Counted from the first letter of the whole stretch, positions 1 through 12,746 are shown. The stretch is 63,428 nucleotides of DNA, filler included, from Rhabdomonas costata (GCA_019059605.1; 55 parts of 55 records of this genome joined end to end with filler, not necessarily neighbours in it); one strand, 5' to 3'. Made by a program: numbers and translations. Notes: generated by a model not told the origin, from the sequence alone.

Positions 1-333
1 AGCTCTTCCAGGCCGCATCCAGCCGGAAGGGCGTCATATGGGTGAGTTGCTCTGCACTCCGCCGAAGCAAAGCGGCTCTGCCTCACACGAGGGCGCTGCC
101 TCACACGAGGCCTAGGTAGCTGCACTGCTCGGGCCTCGAAGCAAAGAGACCCGAGGAAGTTCGGACGACCCGCAGTGCCTCTAAGAACAACGACTCTCAC
201 CCTCGGGTGTGTATTTTACGAGGCAGGGTCCATGAGGACCCAGGCGGCGCAGTGCGATTACCCTTTGGGGTGGGACAGGCGCTTGGGATAAGCCGACTCT
301 CTGAACGAATCGTTACCCGTCTGTGTATTGCGC

Positions 334-425
334 TGGTTGCGGTTCCAGCCTTTCACTTTCCCTCCAGCCTCAAACCGCAAAAAGAAACGACGTCAGGGAA
401 ACAACAAACCTGCACATGAAACAAA
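334..425 (+). repeat. Dispersed repeat family A, copy 1 (copy 2 at 38288-38389)
   Basis: tggttgcggttccagcctttcacttt.cctccagc(aaaggc)ctcaaaccgcaaaaagaaacg...gaaacaacaaac...gcacatgaa is shared by two unrelated contigs. Confidence 0.9.
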
Positions 426-560
426 GAAGCGGCATGCAGAGACGGTTTCTGTTTCCTTGTTTCTTGGTCCACGCCACTCCGCGAGGAGGATCCTAATGCG
501 ACTTGTGGCGTGTAGACCACGTCCCCATTGTAATTGTTGTTTATTGTGGCTACACCTCTT

Positions 561-564
<4 letters not shown>

Positions 565-598
<34 letters not shown>

Positions 599-612
599 TC
601 TTCCTCTTCCTC
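565..612. repeat. (CT)n microsatellite grading into (CTTCCT)n
   Basis: Seen directly; other simple repeats: (CA)n near 14855-14899 and 31006-31052, (TC)n 57182-57222, (GGTTTT)n near 51619-51657, (AAACCAC)n 17704-17739. Confidence 0.95.
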
Positions 613-651
613 TTGTTCATTGTCCCCCCACAGCCCCTGTTTACCCATCAT

Positions 652-757
652 GTAGAGACGGACCCAGTGCACAGAGGCAGGGAACGTGGGAGAGAGGACC
701 AGGAGCCGAGAGAATGGACGGGGAAAGATGGCGGCGGGGATCAAGTATGGAGCATCC
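652..757 (+). repeat. Dispersed repeat family B, copy 1 (matches minus strand of 35846-36140)
   Basis: gtagagacggacccagtgc(a/g)cagagg and ggggatcaagtat(g/a)gagcatcc both recur reverse-complemented in the contig starting at 35810. Confidence 0.85.
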
Positions 758-1055
758 TAGAAATCAGAGCCCTCATGCTACCACCAACGGGAATCCACAG
801 TACTCGGAGTTGCACCAGGGCGAGGAGTCAGTGAGGCAACCCCAAGGAACAGGAGATTCACCGTTCCTGGGAATTTACGAAAACCCTTCACAGTTGGGAG
901 TTGGGGGAGTGCTGGGTAATTAAACCAGATTTTCTGCAGTAAGGAGCGCAACGTAAGATCCCGCAGCCAAAAGCGAGAAGGAGGGAGGGAGGGAAGAGGA
1001 AAGGGAGGAGGAAAAGAGGAGGGGAGAGGGAGAGCGACACATACACCCCAACCCC

Positions 1056-1155
1056 NNNNNNNNNNNNNNNNNNNNNNNNNNNNNNNNNNNNNNNNNNNNT
1101 TAATTAATTAANNNNNNNNNNNNNNNNNNNNNNNNNNNNNNNNNNNNNNNNNNNN
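1056..1155. other. Artificial contig linker N44-TTAATTAATTAA-N44 (first of 54 copies, spaced about 1155 nt apart)
   Basis: Same 100-nt block recurs throughout; TTAATTAATTAA gives TAA in all six frames; ORF-track tails X...LIN / X...N come from it. Confidence 0.99.
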
Positions 1156-4100
1156 GTGGTTGGGTGGGGGCGAAGCGGTTGGCAAAAGAGCGGTGCACCC
1201 TCACCTAATGGCTCATTATATTGCGGTGGAAACTTTGCTTGGCGAATTTTTGTTGGAGGAGGAGAGTCAAGCCGAAACAGGACCGGGGTCTGCAATGGGC
1301 TTCCCAAAACGCAACGTAGCCGTCCATGAACCCAACAGTGCCCCTTGGCGGCTCTTGCTTTTTTTCCTGTGCCGCTTCTTTCTCTAGTGCAGCGGACTTG
1401 ATTAAGGTGGTTTTCTGGCGAGTACTCCTCGCATTGTCCCTATTCTACTTCACATTTTCCAGCAAAAGGTAAAACATGTCTCATTCTTGGCACAAGATCA
1501 CATAGAAGTGAAGACCTTTGGGAATAATCCTTTCGGTTCACACAAATAAAAGTGTCCACCGCGATGCACTTTCGCCGGTTTTAAAAGCCTTGTGCCATTG
1601 AGAGCAGGGGGGAAAAGAAAACGAACTATTATCACGGGCGTTTCATAAATTATATAAGTTTGGTAAACTGGGCATGCTTCCCAAAATCCGGTTATTAGAA
1701 CATACAAACTCAGGGGTCAGGGGTTCCAGAGCGAAACCAGGTCGGAGGTTCATTCCAAATCTTAGGTGAAGTATAGTGCCAATAGAAGTTCAGCAGGTTT
1801 ATGTGTACACGGGGCCTTTATGCCGAATACCCACAGTTCTAAGTATTGACTGAGCGACTATTCAATGGTATCGGTCCCGTTTCCATCCACGAATTCTGTT
1901 CATTCATTTTGCCCTGCACATTTTCCATCCTGCTTCCACGGTGGAGTTTTGGTTTATCCCTCTCTCTCTCTCTTGTTGTGTTGTATCGAACCTGTTAGCA
2001 AACGTATTGTGCTTCACAAGGCAGTTACCGCTGTTATGTCTCCGTGCAAATGCTCAAGTGGTATCAGAGATCCATAATGCATTGTTCATGGCACCCTTCA
2101 TCACTCATTTCGAACGTCTCGTAAGTTTTTCTATCCATGTAATCACGGCAGCATCAATCAAACAATTTACAAGGAACGCGAGAGAGATGAGTGATGAAGG
2201 GGGCCAGGNNNNNNNNNNNNNNNNNNNNNNNNNNNNNNNNNNNNNNNNNNNNTTAATTAATTAANNNNNNNNNNNNNNNNNNNNNNNNNNNNNNNNNNNN
2301 NNNNNNNNTGGGTGGAATCAGTATTACTGGCTATCGTGATTGTTTTGGTGATTACCATTTGGTCTCGCAGGGTGCAGGACGATGCCTCTAGCCTTAACTA
2401 TAGAAACTATAGGATCCGTCTAGGGAACGTCCGGAAAATCCGTATAGGGAACGTCATTTTCGGAAATCGCGGGGAAAGGGCCAATGAAGGGCTTACGACA
2501 CTGTTTTATCGGCGTTTGGGAGAAGTTAAGCAAAACAAGAATCACCATTATGCTTGAGGGAGTTTGCCCTGCACGACTCTGGTGGTTTCTCTTTCGTCAT
2601 GATGCTTCTCAAAAGGAAGTGTACGTACCGTGCCAAATAACACAGAATCATTACTTCTAAGTTGGTTGTCTTGGAATTCGATTTGTGTTCTGTGTATGTT
2701 TTTTCTGCTATTCAGGCACATTGACCTCGCTGGAAATTGTGTCAGCGAATCAGGTAACGTTTTCGGATTTGTAGCGCTTTTACCTGCATCGCGATTTGGG
2801 TGGACTTCTCCTGCTTCCCATTTTGCCTTTACTTCTTTAACATCTTCGGGGGTGTTCCAGGTTGGCTTTCATTTCTGTACCCCACAACCCCTCATTCAAG
2901 ATTCTGCCCCTCTCTTCGATGGAACCTAGAATCTTGACTTAGAGTCCGACCAATATTTCCAGAATACAATACTTAATCGTAATGGAGACCATAAATACTG
3001 ACACTGTCAGTATTGCAAGACAGGTCCTCTATCTTCAATGGATTTTAGACAGGGCCCTCCCGCACACGTGCGCACCAGTTTCTCAAAGAATCAGCTGCAG
3101 TGACCAACACCAAAACAGAGAAAACCCTCTTTATCATAGTCACAGGCCACGCGCAAAGCAAGGCAAGCCAGCGGGATAGGCTCCAGAGACCTGAGTGTCT
3201 TATGCCGAGGGTACGCTCGGTGTTGATAGGGGTGATTTTTGGTTTGGTACCATGGTGTTCTGCGAGTATTGATTTGTTTGAGGTTAACGCCGCCCTTGCT
3301 ACCTTCCTCCCATGATACGGATAATGGGATGAAGGTAGCAAGGGCGGCGTTAACCACAAACACNNNNNNNNNNNNNNNNNNNNNNNNNNNNNNNNNNNNN
3401 NNNNNNNTTAATTAATTAANNNNNNNNNNNNNNNNNNNNNNNNNNNNNNNNNNNNNNNNNNNNGGTGTTGTGGGTATCTTACGCGAGTATGCGTTCTTCT
3501 TATGCTAGGGTTCGGTGTCTGTAGCTGTAGGTGTAGGAATAGGTGTAGCGCTGTGTGTAGGAGTAGGGGTTAGTGGCAGTTTTGGTGGTGCGTTGTGTGT
3601 AGGAGTCAACCATGCCGAGTGTGTGTCCAAGGTTCCTGTATTGTGCTTGTGTTGCATAATGTGTGTGTGCTTAGTGCTTAGTGTTGGTCTCACGTTGGCG
3701 TTGTTGGTTGTGGGTCAGGATGTTGGTGCGTAGGGTTACTTCTTGTTGGCTGTGCTTGTGCTTTACTGTGATGTTTGTGGGTTATGCTGTGGTAGTCGAG
3801 GCGTTAGTGGTTGGTGCGTTGTTGGTGCTGGTGGCTTGCTATGTCTGTAGTGCTGTATTAGTGCACGTGAGTGAGGGGCTGGTGTGTCATGGGAAAGGAG
3901 GATTGTTTGTGTTTCTTGCCTCTGGAGTGGGTTAGTGCTGTCACTGTGTTTAGTGCGTATGATGTCTTGCTGTATCAAGGTGTGTGGATCGGAGGGTTCG
4001 AAGGTTGTCAGGGTTCGTTGCTGTGAGTGTTGGTTTTGGTTCTGTGCTGCATCTGTAATGTTTGTGTCATGGTGTAATGGTGGAATAGAAAGGAGTAGAT

Positions 4101-4769
4101 GTGAATGGTGAATGTTGATGCTGTACCTGAGTGTGGTGGTGATGCTACGTGTGATGGTAAGCAAGTCGAGGGTTTGAGCGAGAGTGAGAGGGTCCACGTT
4201 TCTGATGCCAAGCTGAGTCTGTAGGAGTGTGAGGGTAGATCTTAAGGCAGGGATGTTGCCGATGTCAAGCTGAGTGTGAGGGTGAGTGAAGGTGATGGAT
4301 GTTTCGATGCCAAGCTAAATCAGAGGGTGAGTGTGGATGCTGAGTTGGAGGGTGAGGTGTTGAGTGAGGATGCTGGAGTGACGCGAACCAAACCAGCTGC
4401 CTCGAAGCATAACCCTGTTACTCATACACATCATTCTATGCACTGTTTCTCTTCCACTACCAGCACTCATCCTACGCATCCTCTTCCTTCTATTTCTACC
4501 GTTACACCAAAACACAAANNNNNNNNNNNNNNNNNNNNNNNNNNNNNNNNNNNNNNNNNNNNTTAATTAATTAANNNNNNNNNNNNNNNNNNNNNNNNNN
4601 NNNNNNNNNNNNNNNNNNGTGTGTGTGTCGCCTGAACCCCCCCCCCCCCCCCCGCCTGAAGGTCTTGTTCCCTTAGACTTGGTTGTGCTTCGCCGGGGTT
4701 TGGGAGGTTTTGTGTACGTTGACCTCCCAAGCAAGGAGCTGTCTGGTTTCGTGAGCGTCTGCTGTGGCA

Positions 4770-5672
4770 ATGTCTGGAAGTGAGCTGGCAGGCAACCTCA
4801 CCACAGTGGGGGCCCTGCGTGTGCTATGGGAGCAGCTGTACGTGCCGCACTCCCTGCAGGACGCAGGCAGCCTGGCCCGGGTGCTGTCGGGCTTCACCGC
4901 AACGAATTACTTCACTGTGATGTACTCCCTGGTCATACTCTATATCTTGTACGTCTCACGCTGCACACACGTTGCACTGGGGTCACTAAACTTTACAGCG
5001 CTGAAACTTCGGTTTCCGGCTTTTGCTATTAACATGAATTTGAGTTTACTGTTCTGATGCTGGACTTTTGAGGGTTGAATGTTTTTTATGCAGTATTTCC
5101 GGATAAGAATGTTTGAGTATCCTGCGGTCTGCTGCCGGATGGTGCGTGGGCCCATCATTTTGTCTCAGCCTGCAGACTTTCAGCATCCCCGGGACGATCT
5201 TCATCAATGTGCTGTGCGGATCTCTGTTTGGGCTTCCTGTGGCGTTCGTCCTGACCCTTCTGGTGTCTTATGTGGCGATCCTCTTGCCTCTGGCTTTTGC
5301 ATCATCCCCCTCTCCCCGCCCACTGCCCTCCAAAGATTACCGGAAGTGCATGCAAAATGCTTGGAGGAACTAAGGGGTCAAGGTCCCATTTCAGGTCTCA
5401 CTCCGCGATGTCCTCGTGTGGGTTGCTTTCTAAATTTTATTGTTTTGCTTTTCCTACGGTTCTGTACCCACTCCTTGTCTTCTGTTTCATGTGGATGCCT
5501 CAGGGATGTTAGGAGAGAAAGAGTCGAGCATTTGGGGGTGTTTTTTGTTTGGGATGAGGGGTGTCAACTTGACTTGGTTCCAAATGTCTCTTTCCTTCCC
5601 TTCCTTTCACTCTGCCTCCTCTGTCTTCTGTGTAGTGCGCCACGGCGGGGGCCAGCGCGTCGTACGTGCTGT
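4770..5672 (+). CDS. TMEM41: TMEM41/VTT-domain (DedA superfamily) membrane protein, partial; exons ~4770-4948, 5169-5262, 5636-5672
   Basis: GT-AG splicing gives ...LYIF|LQTFSIPGTIFINVLCGSLFGLPVAFVLTLL|CATAGASASYVL, matching the TMEM41 YIFLQTFxIPG motif; phases consistent. Confidence 0.88.
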
Positions 5673-5884
5673 NNNNNNNNNNNNNNNNNNNNNNNNNNNN
5701 NNNNNNNNNNNNNNNNTTAATTAATTAANNNNNNNNNNNNNNNNNNNNNNNNNNNNNNNNNNNNNNNNNNNNTTTGTTGGTGAAAAGGCAAAAAAAAAAA
5801 ACACGGAAAAGGTTTGTGGAGATGTCCATTTTTCGAATTTCCACAACCCTTTTCCGTGTTTTTTTTTTTGCCTTTTCACCACAG

Positions 5885-6639
5885 AGCGTCGCCCAAGTGT
5901 TTGAAGACGTAGGTCTTGAGGACCTGGCGCAGCGACAGCTCCGGGGGTTCCTTTTGTTGCGTGCCGCGCTTTCTCCTGTGCTGGAGAGCCTGGTTGTGGT
6001 GGACCGCTACCTGCACATTAGAAACTTGTGTGGGCCAGGGTGCACCGTGGAGGTCTTTTTCCCACGTGCTCTCCTCTTTTGCTTTTTTTAGAGCTATAAT
6101 ACACCTGAAGGCCCTCACTTGAGGTGCCATTGCACCTCTACCAAGTATCTACTACCTCTACCTCCGCTAGCAGTGGTTGGGTAGCCCACCCATGTTCTGG
6201 ATAAACAAACCACCTCTCAATTGCTTGGCCGTGAAAATATCGCATAAGAAATGCATCACCTTGAAGCGCAAGGAATCACGGAAATCGCGGTTTGCGGCTT
6301 CTGGCGAAACATCGTGAAACGAGTTTTTCTATGGCTCTCACATCCCCGAAGGAACCGCAAGGAGAATAACTACGCATGCCAAAGTGCCAGATATGTGAAT
6401 CGCCGGCAAGTCACTCTTTCAGGTCCCGTTCAACTGGTGCAATGAGATCTACTCCCCGTTCTCTGTTGTCATTTATTGAAAATAAGCGGGGCAGCAGTGC
6501 AGGGTCCATGCGCATGCATTCGCAGACATGTGAGAAGAGATTGTTCTGATGACTGAAAATTTTTCTTGTGCAGGTGCGACCAATCTTTGACGAAGAGCTC
6601 TCCCCTCGGAATCTTTTGCTGTTGGCCAGAAAGGGGTGA
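5885..6639 (+). CDS. METTL25/RRNAD1-like methyltransferase, C-terminal two exons (5885-6052, 6574-6639)
   Basis: LRAALSPVLESLVVVDRYLHI ...|VRPIFDEELSPRNLLLLARKG* matches the family C-terminus LRxxLAPxxExLILLDR...PxFDxxLSPRN. Confidence 0.82.
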
Positions 6640-7601
6640 TGCGGCTGTGTGGCTTGCTTTTGGTCAACTGTCATCTACTGTCAACTGTGTGCAACGGGAG
6701 GTCGATTAGCCCTATTTGGACTCTTCCAAAATACCAAAAAAAAAGTCGGGTTTACCGTCCCCCCCCTCCCCCCAAAAAACGACCACTTACCGGAGGTCGA
6801 AACAAAACTCAAATCGTGGTGCTTAGTNNNNNNNNNNNNNNNNNNNNNNNNNNNNNNNNNNNNNNNNNNNNTTAATTAATTAANNNNNNNNNNNNNNNNN
6901 NNNNNNNNNNNNNNNNNNNNNNNNNNNGACGCTGTCTCTCTCTGCCGAAAGGAAAGGTGTGCCATTTAATTGTCGGTCGCATTTTGGCTCTTTTTCTCTG
7001 GTCTTAAATGAGTTCCTCCGTTGGATGAGCATTTTGTTTGTTGTATGTATGAGGTGTGCGTCGGCTCAGACATTTGCTCTTCTGGACCGGAGCCCAGCGG
7101 AGACTGAGAAACTGCCTTGATCTCCGAACTGCCGCTGGGAGAGCGTTCCGAAGCCACACACGTTTCACATTCAACTGGAAAAGAGCCCTCCTCTTTGCTC
7201 TTTGAGAGCTAACAGACCCTCTGCCCTCTGGCAACCTGACACGTGTGTGTATGGCTCGATACGTCACTCGATGCCGATGTTTTGACGGGGTGCTGCTCTT
7301 GATTTCCGCGCCTCATTTCTTTGCGTTGTTGAAGGACGAACAGACACTAACTGTCTTTTTCACGCAGGTTGTGCGCCTGACGCGTTTTTTTTTGGGAAGA
7401 CTGGAGCTGTGTGTGTGTGCGTGCGGGTGGGTGGGTGGTTTAGGGAGTTCCTGGATGATCCTGTCCGGTGAAATTGTTTTTACTGATGCTGCTGACACAG
7501 CCTTAAGTTCACCATTAAGTATTGCATATGCGCTATACTGCTATTCTGCCAAAAATCAGGCCGGAATAGATTGTGATTTCGATTTCGCTTTCTCTGCGTA
7601 G

Positions 7602-7976
7602 TTAAACCTACCTGTGGGGGCAGTGATTATTCTTGCCCCGCCACCGGCTTCAACGCGAACCCAAGCTCCACGGTGTGCTCCTCGATGAGCTGCAGCGAGG
7701 CCGACTGCTGCAAACGTATGCGGAGGAAACCATTTCCGTTCCTCGCTCTTCGCTCTTTTTGTCATCAAGTACATGTCTCCGGCTTTCGGAGCACCCATGC
7801 GCTTGCGGATGCCCGCCTTCCACTTCGTTGTGTGGCCGTTATTTCGTAGTGTGCGACATCTCGCTGACCGGAGCGGCCTCTGCGTACACGGGGGTGTACA
7901 AGCCCAGCGGGGGCTACCAGGGCCGGCAATATTACTACAACAGCGCGGCGCAGATGTACCTTTACTACCTGCCCAC
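7602..7976 (+). CDS. Cysteine-rich, probably extracellular protein, partial; exons 7602-7715 and 7850-contig end
   Basis: KPTCGGSDYSCPATGFNANPSSTVCSSMSCSEADCCK|LCDISLTGAASAYTGVYKPSGGYQGRQYYYN; AG/GT boundaries in frame. Confidence 0.6.
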
Positions 7977-9674
7977 CCAACCNNNNNNNNNNNNNNNNNN
8001 NNNNNNNNNNNNNNNNNNNNNNNNNNTTAATTAATTAANNNNNNNNNNNNNNNNNNNNNNNNNNNNNNNNNNNNNNNNNNNNGTGGGGTGTGTTCCTGGT
8101 AATACCCTAGAATGCATTTTTTGAATTTCCGCCAGTTTCCCGCTGGCTCCCATCGTTAGGCGGTTATTGAAAGCCAACGGAGTTTTCATGCAGTAAATTA
8201 AAACCCTTCGTGAGTTGCATATAGGGAGGGGAGGATGGGCATTGACCGGCAGGGCGAACAAAAGCATTTTGGCCGTCCGAATTCTTCGAACTTTCACCTG
8301 AAACATTTTTCATCCCCCCCTCCCTTGTTTTTTCCCGGCGCAAATTTACGGGCCAGAAGACTCACTTTATACTCTGTTTCTCTTCACCCTCTTCTCAGCG
8401 TTCTTGAGGTACTACATTGGTCCTGAGTGGGCCAGCACGCGCTCGGAGTGGACCCTCAGCGTGGACCTTCTGATCTACCGCCTTCGCCTCAGCATTCGCG
8501 AGCTCTCGGCGCACTCCCGTGCCCGTTCTCCGCCCCGCGGGGGGCCCACCCCTGGGGGCTGCACACCACAAGGGAAGCCCACCCCTGTGGTCGACGCCCG
8601 GACTTCGTGCTGTAGTGTTATGTAGCTGCTGCTTCTCGAAGCGGTTGGCCTTCCTGAGCCAAAGCTCAGCCCAATGCCACGTGTCCACGATGCGTGGGAT
8701 ACCTTTTGAGGAGCAGTTTTGTGTTGTTGCCTTGCTTTTTGCATTTGCTTGTTTGGCTTGTGCTCCCAGATCTGGTCCCTTTTCTGGTTAGAGATGTTGC
8801 GTAGTGAGAGTGGGGTTTTGTAAAACCTTTTGGGCCGATATGAGCTTGACTGTCACCACAGTATTGTCGTTTATCACTTCGCCTTGGTTCGGCCAACTTT
8901 CTCATATTTAACTCCAGGCTGTCCATAAGTCGAAGAAGTTTACGCGAAGCTGTCACATTGCCTGGTAATGGGTAAATGGTGTATAATGTGTAATTGTCTA
9001 AAATGGTGTAATTTTTCTGAACTTTTGGACCATAAACTTGCGGTTGAAATGGGGAGTCAACAATGGACTAGGTCTGACCGGCTGCTTGCCAATTGAGCCC
9101 AAGCATTGTGGTATTCGCGATGTGCCACCCCCCACACNNNNNNNNNNNNNNNNNNNNNNNNNNNNNNNNNNNNNNNNNNNNTTAATTAATTAANNNNNNN
9201 NNNNNNNNNNNNNNNNNNNNNNNNNNNNNNNNNNNNNCCCACCCCCCGGTTTTGATTGGGTTCGGAGCACAGTGGTCTCTGACTGGCGGTTTACAACGTC
9301 ATCTTTGCTCCCACCCCTTTGGGGTCTATAAGTCGTGGTGGGATCCTACGCGCGAAGTTGACCGGCAACGAGTCGTCAAATGTCGCCTTATCCCAAGCAC
9401 CTGTCCCACCCCAAGAGTGGTTGCACTTTCATTGCATTTTTTTTTGGGGGGGGGGGGTAATGGTAGATGGGACGGGAGGAATTTTGTGTTGCCGTGCAGA
9501 GAAAGTATTAATTATCAGTACAAATAATGGTACAATTTGTCAGCGCAGACAAAATGGACCAGGGGCGAAAATTTCGCTTAAAGCCCTTCTCCAGTTTTTC
9601 CGATACGCTTTTACTGGCTGGTTGAAGAAATGCAAACACACAAACTCACGCTCATTCACCATGCACGCGCATAC

Positions 9675-10045
9675 TGCGGTACAGCTGCTGCCGTTCCGTT
9701 GGCTGCACTGCACAAGGAACTCCTCGCTGAGCTGCAGGAAGGGGCTGGGGCGGTTTTTTAAATTCCATGCCCCTTCCATAGCTGCCACCGCGCCAAAGGC
9801 CCAGCAGCTGTCCGTGGCACACACAACCACTCAAACAAACATGCCATCTCCAATAATTGTGTTCACAACTCAACGACACAAACATGCATACAGCCACATT
9901 GCAGAGACAACCTGATTTTCTTATCCTTCGAGGAGGACCTGGACTATGTTTGGGCACGCGAACTGACCACTGTACACCACCTACCTTTCGCATTGGCCCT
10001 GGTCCTTGATAGGCCCGACTCCGCCCTTCTCACGCCAGTCGATGA
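9675..10045 (-). CDS. Papain-family (C1A) cysteine protease, partial; exons 10045-9985, 9807-9675
   Basis: Spliced IDWREKGGVGPIKDQGQCES|CWAFGAVAAMEG...LQLSEEFLVQC; oxyanion Gln and catalytic Cys intact. Confidence 0.92.
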
Positions 10046-11777
10046 CTGCACCAAGAGAAAGGAACAGATACAAAGAGACACAGAGAGAAAGGCATGCTGC
10101 ACACCGGAGCTTGTGATCGCACACCTTTCCAACGAAGGCAAAACACCCACCCACCCACACACACACACTTTGTTCCAGTCCTTTCCGCGGGGAAAAGATC
10201 ACGGAAAATCACAACAAAAAGGACAAACTTCGTCATATACACAACCGAAAAAAATGATTACACTCAGTAATCCCACACACACACACCACACCNNNNNNNN
10301 NNNNNNNNNNNNNNNNNNNNNNNNNNNNNNNNNNNNTTAATTAATTAANNNNNNNNNNNNNNNNNNNNNNNNNNNNNNNNNNNNNNNNNNNNGGGGGTGG
10401 TGTCCAGACTAAGGGGTTGGTACTCTCACGTTCGCGGTCGGCTACGAGGCACTGCGCAGGCCGGAACGGAGGTGTGAGTTTGCTTTCACCATGAAACATC
10501 TGCCTTGCTTGGACCCTCTGGAAAACATTTTCCACGAAATATCTTCCTTGTTTTGAAGACTTGGTCGAATGTCGTTCACTCAAAGATATGTATGGGTGCC
10601 TTTGTAGAATTGGTACGGTTTTCTGACGTGTTTCGGGGTCGAGGTGTTTGTGATGTTCTTTGCAGCAGTTTCGCTTGGGTCGCGAAAAGGCAGTTAGTTT
10701 ACACGTGCCAGTGTTTCGTGTGGTTTGCATTGTCGGTTCGGGTGTCGAACATGATGGCTGTTTGTAATTTGCCCACAGGCGCATATAAAATAACGGTAAA
10801 TTTTCTAACAGCAGTCCAGGGGACTTTTTCCTGGCCGGTATTGAATCACGGACCGCAACTTTGCAGGAGCAACCATTCGAACAACATTCGAACGGTCAAC
10901 TCTAACATTGCGTTACGGGAAGGTGTGGCAGTGATTTCCTTGTGTTACAATTGTATAATAAACTGTGAAAGGGATTCGGAAAATTGAGTTTCGAGTTTAA
11001 AAAAGAATCCCAAATAAACTGTTTGAAAAAATTGCGGCCTTCTCGGAGGTATTGGCTCCAGGATGCTGCGAACTGTCTAGCTTCTGAAATAAGCTTCAAA
11101 TTCATTTGTTTGTCTGAATTTGATGTCTGCCATCCGCCCAAATGCGGAATCCGAACGACTATCCTGTGCTTTTTCGCCTCTTTTTGACCTCGGGGCAAAA
11201 TTGGGAAGTAAGCGATGAGGGCCATATACACGCTGGCCCCTGCTGCAAAATACCGTGTGCGTTTTGCGGGTTGCCTAGGCCTCCACTTTTGGGAGAGGGG
11301 CATTCGCCTGGGGGCTGGTGTATTTGCGTTATGGGTACCGTCGTAAACCCTCCGCAGCATGCGGCAAGAAGCGGCGCAAAGGACAAAGGACACAGAGAGG
11401 AGCGCGTCAAGGGGTATCGCTAGCTGAGGAGGGTTTACGACGGCACCNNNNNNNNNNNNNNNNNNNNNNNNNNNNNNNNNNNNNNNNNNNNTTAATTAAT
11501 TAANNNNNNNNNNNNNNNNNNNNNNNNNNNNNNNNNNNNNNNNNNNNCTTTCCTCAACGCCATCTCATTGGACAGTGTTTTGGTTGAATTTTGACAGAGG
11601 TTGTTAGATCCAGCATTGACCGCAGGGGAAAGGAAATTCAGAATTACTGTTCAATTATAACCCCTCTTCGAGTTTTATCACATGGTTTCCGGATCTGTGT
11701 ATTGACCTAATCGGCGCCCTGTATTTTTTTCTCGGTGATATCTTTTCGCACCTTCTCACTCACTGCACTGGTGCCAG

Positions 11778-12461
11778 AGCACCGGTTCTTCGGGAAGTCC
11801 TTCCCGGGGAGCACCGCGCTGGACCCGAGGTACCTCGGAGTGCTTTCCACGGAGCAGGCCATCGCTGACTTTGCGGTGATGATCTATGATTTGAAGCGGC
11901 AGTGGGGCTCTCCCCACAGGTTTCTTTTTCTCGCGAAAGTGTCCAGTGCGGTTGTATAATGCTAATGCGCTAAAGCTGTTTTTCAGCGGGAAAAGGGAAG
12001 GACAACCACAGCGCAATCAAGTGGGTCCACAATAAGCAGGTGTGCAGAGGCGAACAACCCAGGCAGATGGGGTGGGTCGAAGCCCACGGGACAAACATAC
12101 AGATTCGAACGTTTGCTGAGGTATATTCTTCACCAATTTATTACGAAAGGCGTAAAAGTTGTAGCTGTCATCCCTCTCTTTTGCAAAAACACCGAAGTTC
12201 AGTTACGTGAAGTAACGTGGAGGGATTGTGGAGGAAAGTTAGTAGGACATGCCCTCCCCTTGTCATCCTTCATCCCGGATTCGCTTTTTCCCGACTGATT
12301 GCAGTGCGGTGGTTGCCTTTGGGGGTTCATACGGGGGAATGCTCGCGGCCTACCTCCGAGTGAAGCACCCCGGGGCCGTGCGAGGGGCCATCGCGGGGTC
12401 CGCCCCTGTGCTGGCCTACGCCGGGCTGGAGCCCCCGTATAACGCCAATGCCTTCGCCCAG
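11778..12461 (+). CDS. PRCP: Serine peptidase S28 (prolylcarboxypeptidase/DPP7-like), partial; exons ~11778-11919, 12305-12461
   Basis: [10 protein letters not shown]...[11 protein letters not shown] and [18 protein letters not shown]...GAIAGSAPV; catalytic Ser motif GGSYGG. Confidence 0.92.
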
Positions 12462-12746
12462 GTGGCTCACCCCCACCTGCCCATACCGCATTTCGTGGAC
12501 AGGTGTGTGAGCATGCGCGGGAAGCGAGGTGGAAAATGGAAAGCTCTTTGCGGGTGTACTTTGCCTGATGTTGCGTAATGCTTGCCATTTTCCACCAACA
12601 CANNNNNNNNNNNNNNNNNNNNNNNNNNNNNNNNNNNNNNNNNNNNTTAATTAATTAANNNNNNNNNNNNNNNNNNNNNNNNNNNNNNNNNNNNNNNNNN
12701 NNGGTTTGGGTTCTCCCCCCACTCCCCACCCCCCTTCCTGCTTCAG

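Noticed and set aside
328-923. ORFs of 75-168 aa across the (CT)n tract, and similar ones at 3505-4211, 27747-28130 and 58858-59523
   Set aside because: They arise from microsatellite or low-complexity sequence and carry no protein motifs.
1100-1111. Regularly spaced TTAATTAATTAA as a CRISPR-like or regulatory repeat array
   Set aside because: Always embedded in N44 on both sides; it is an assembly linker with six-frame stops.
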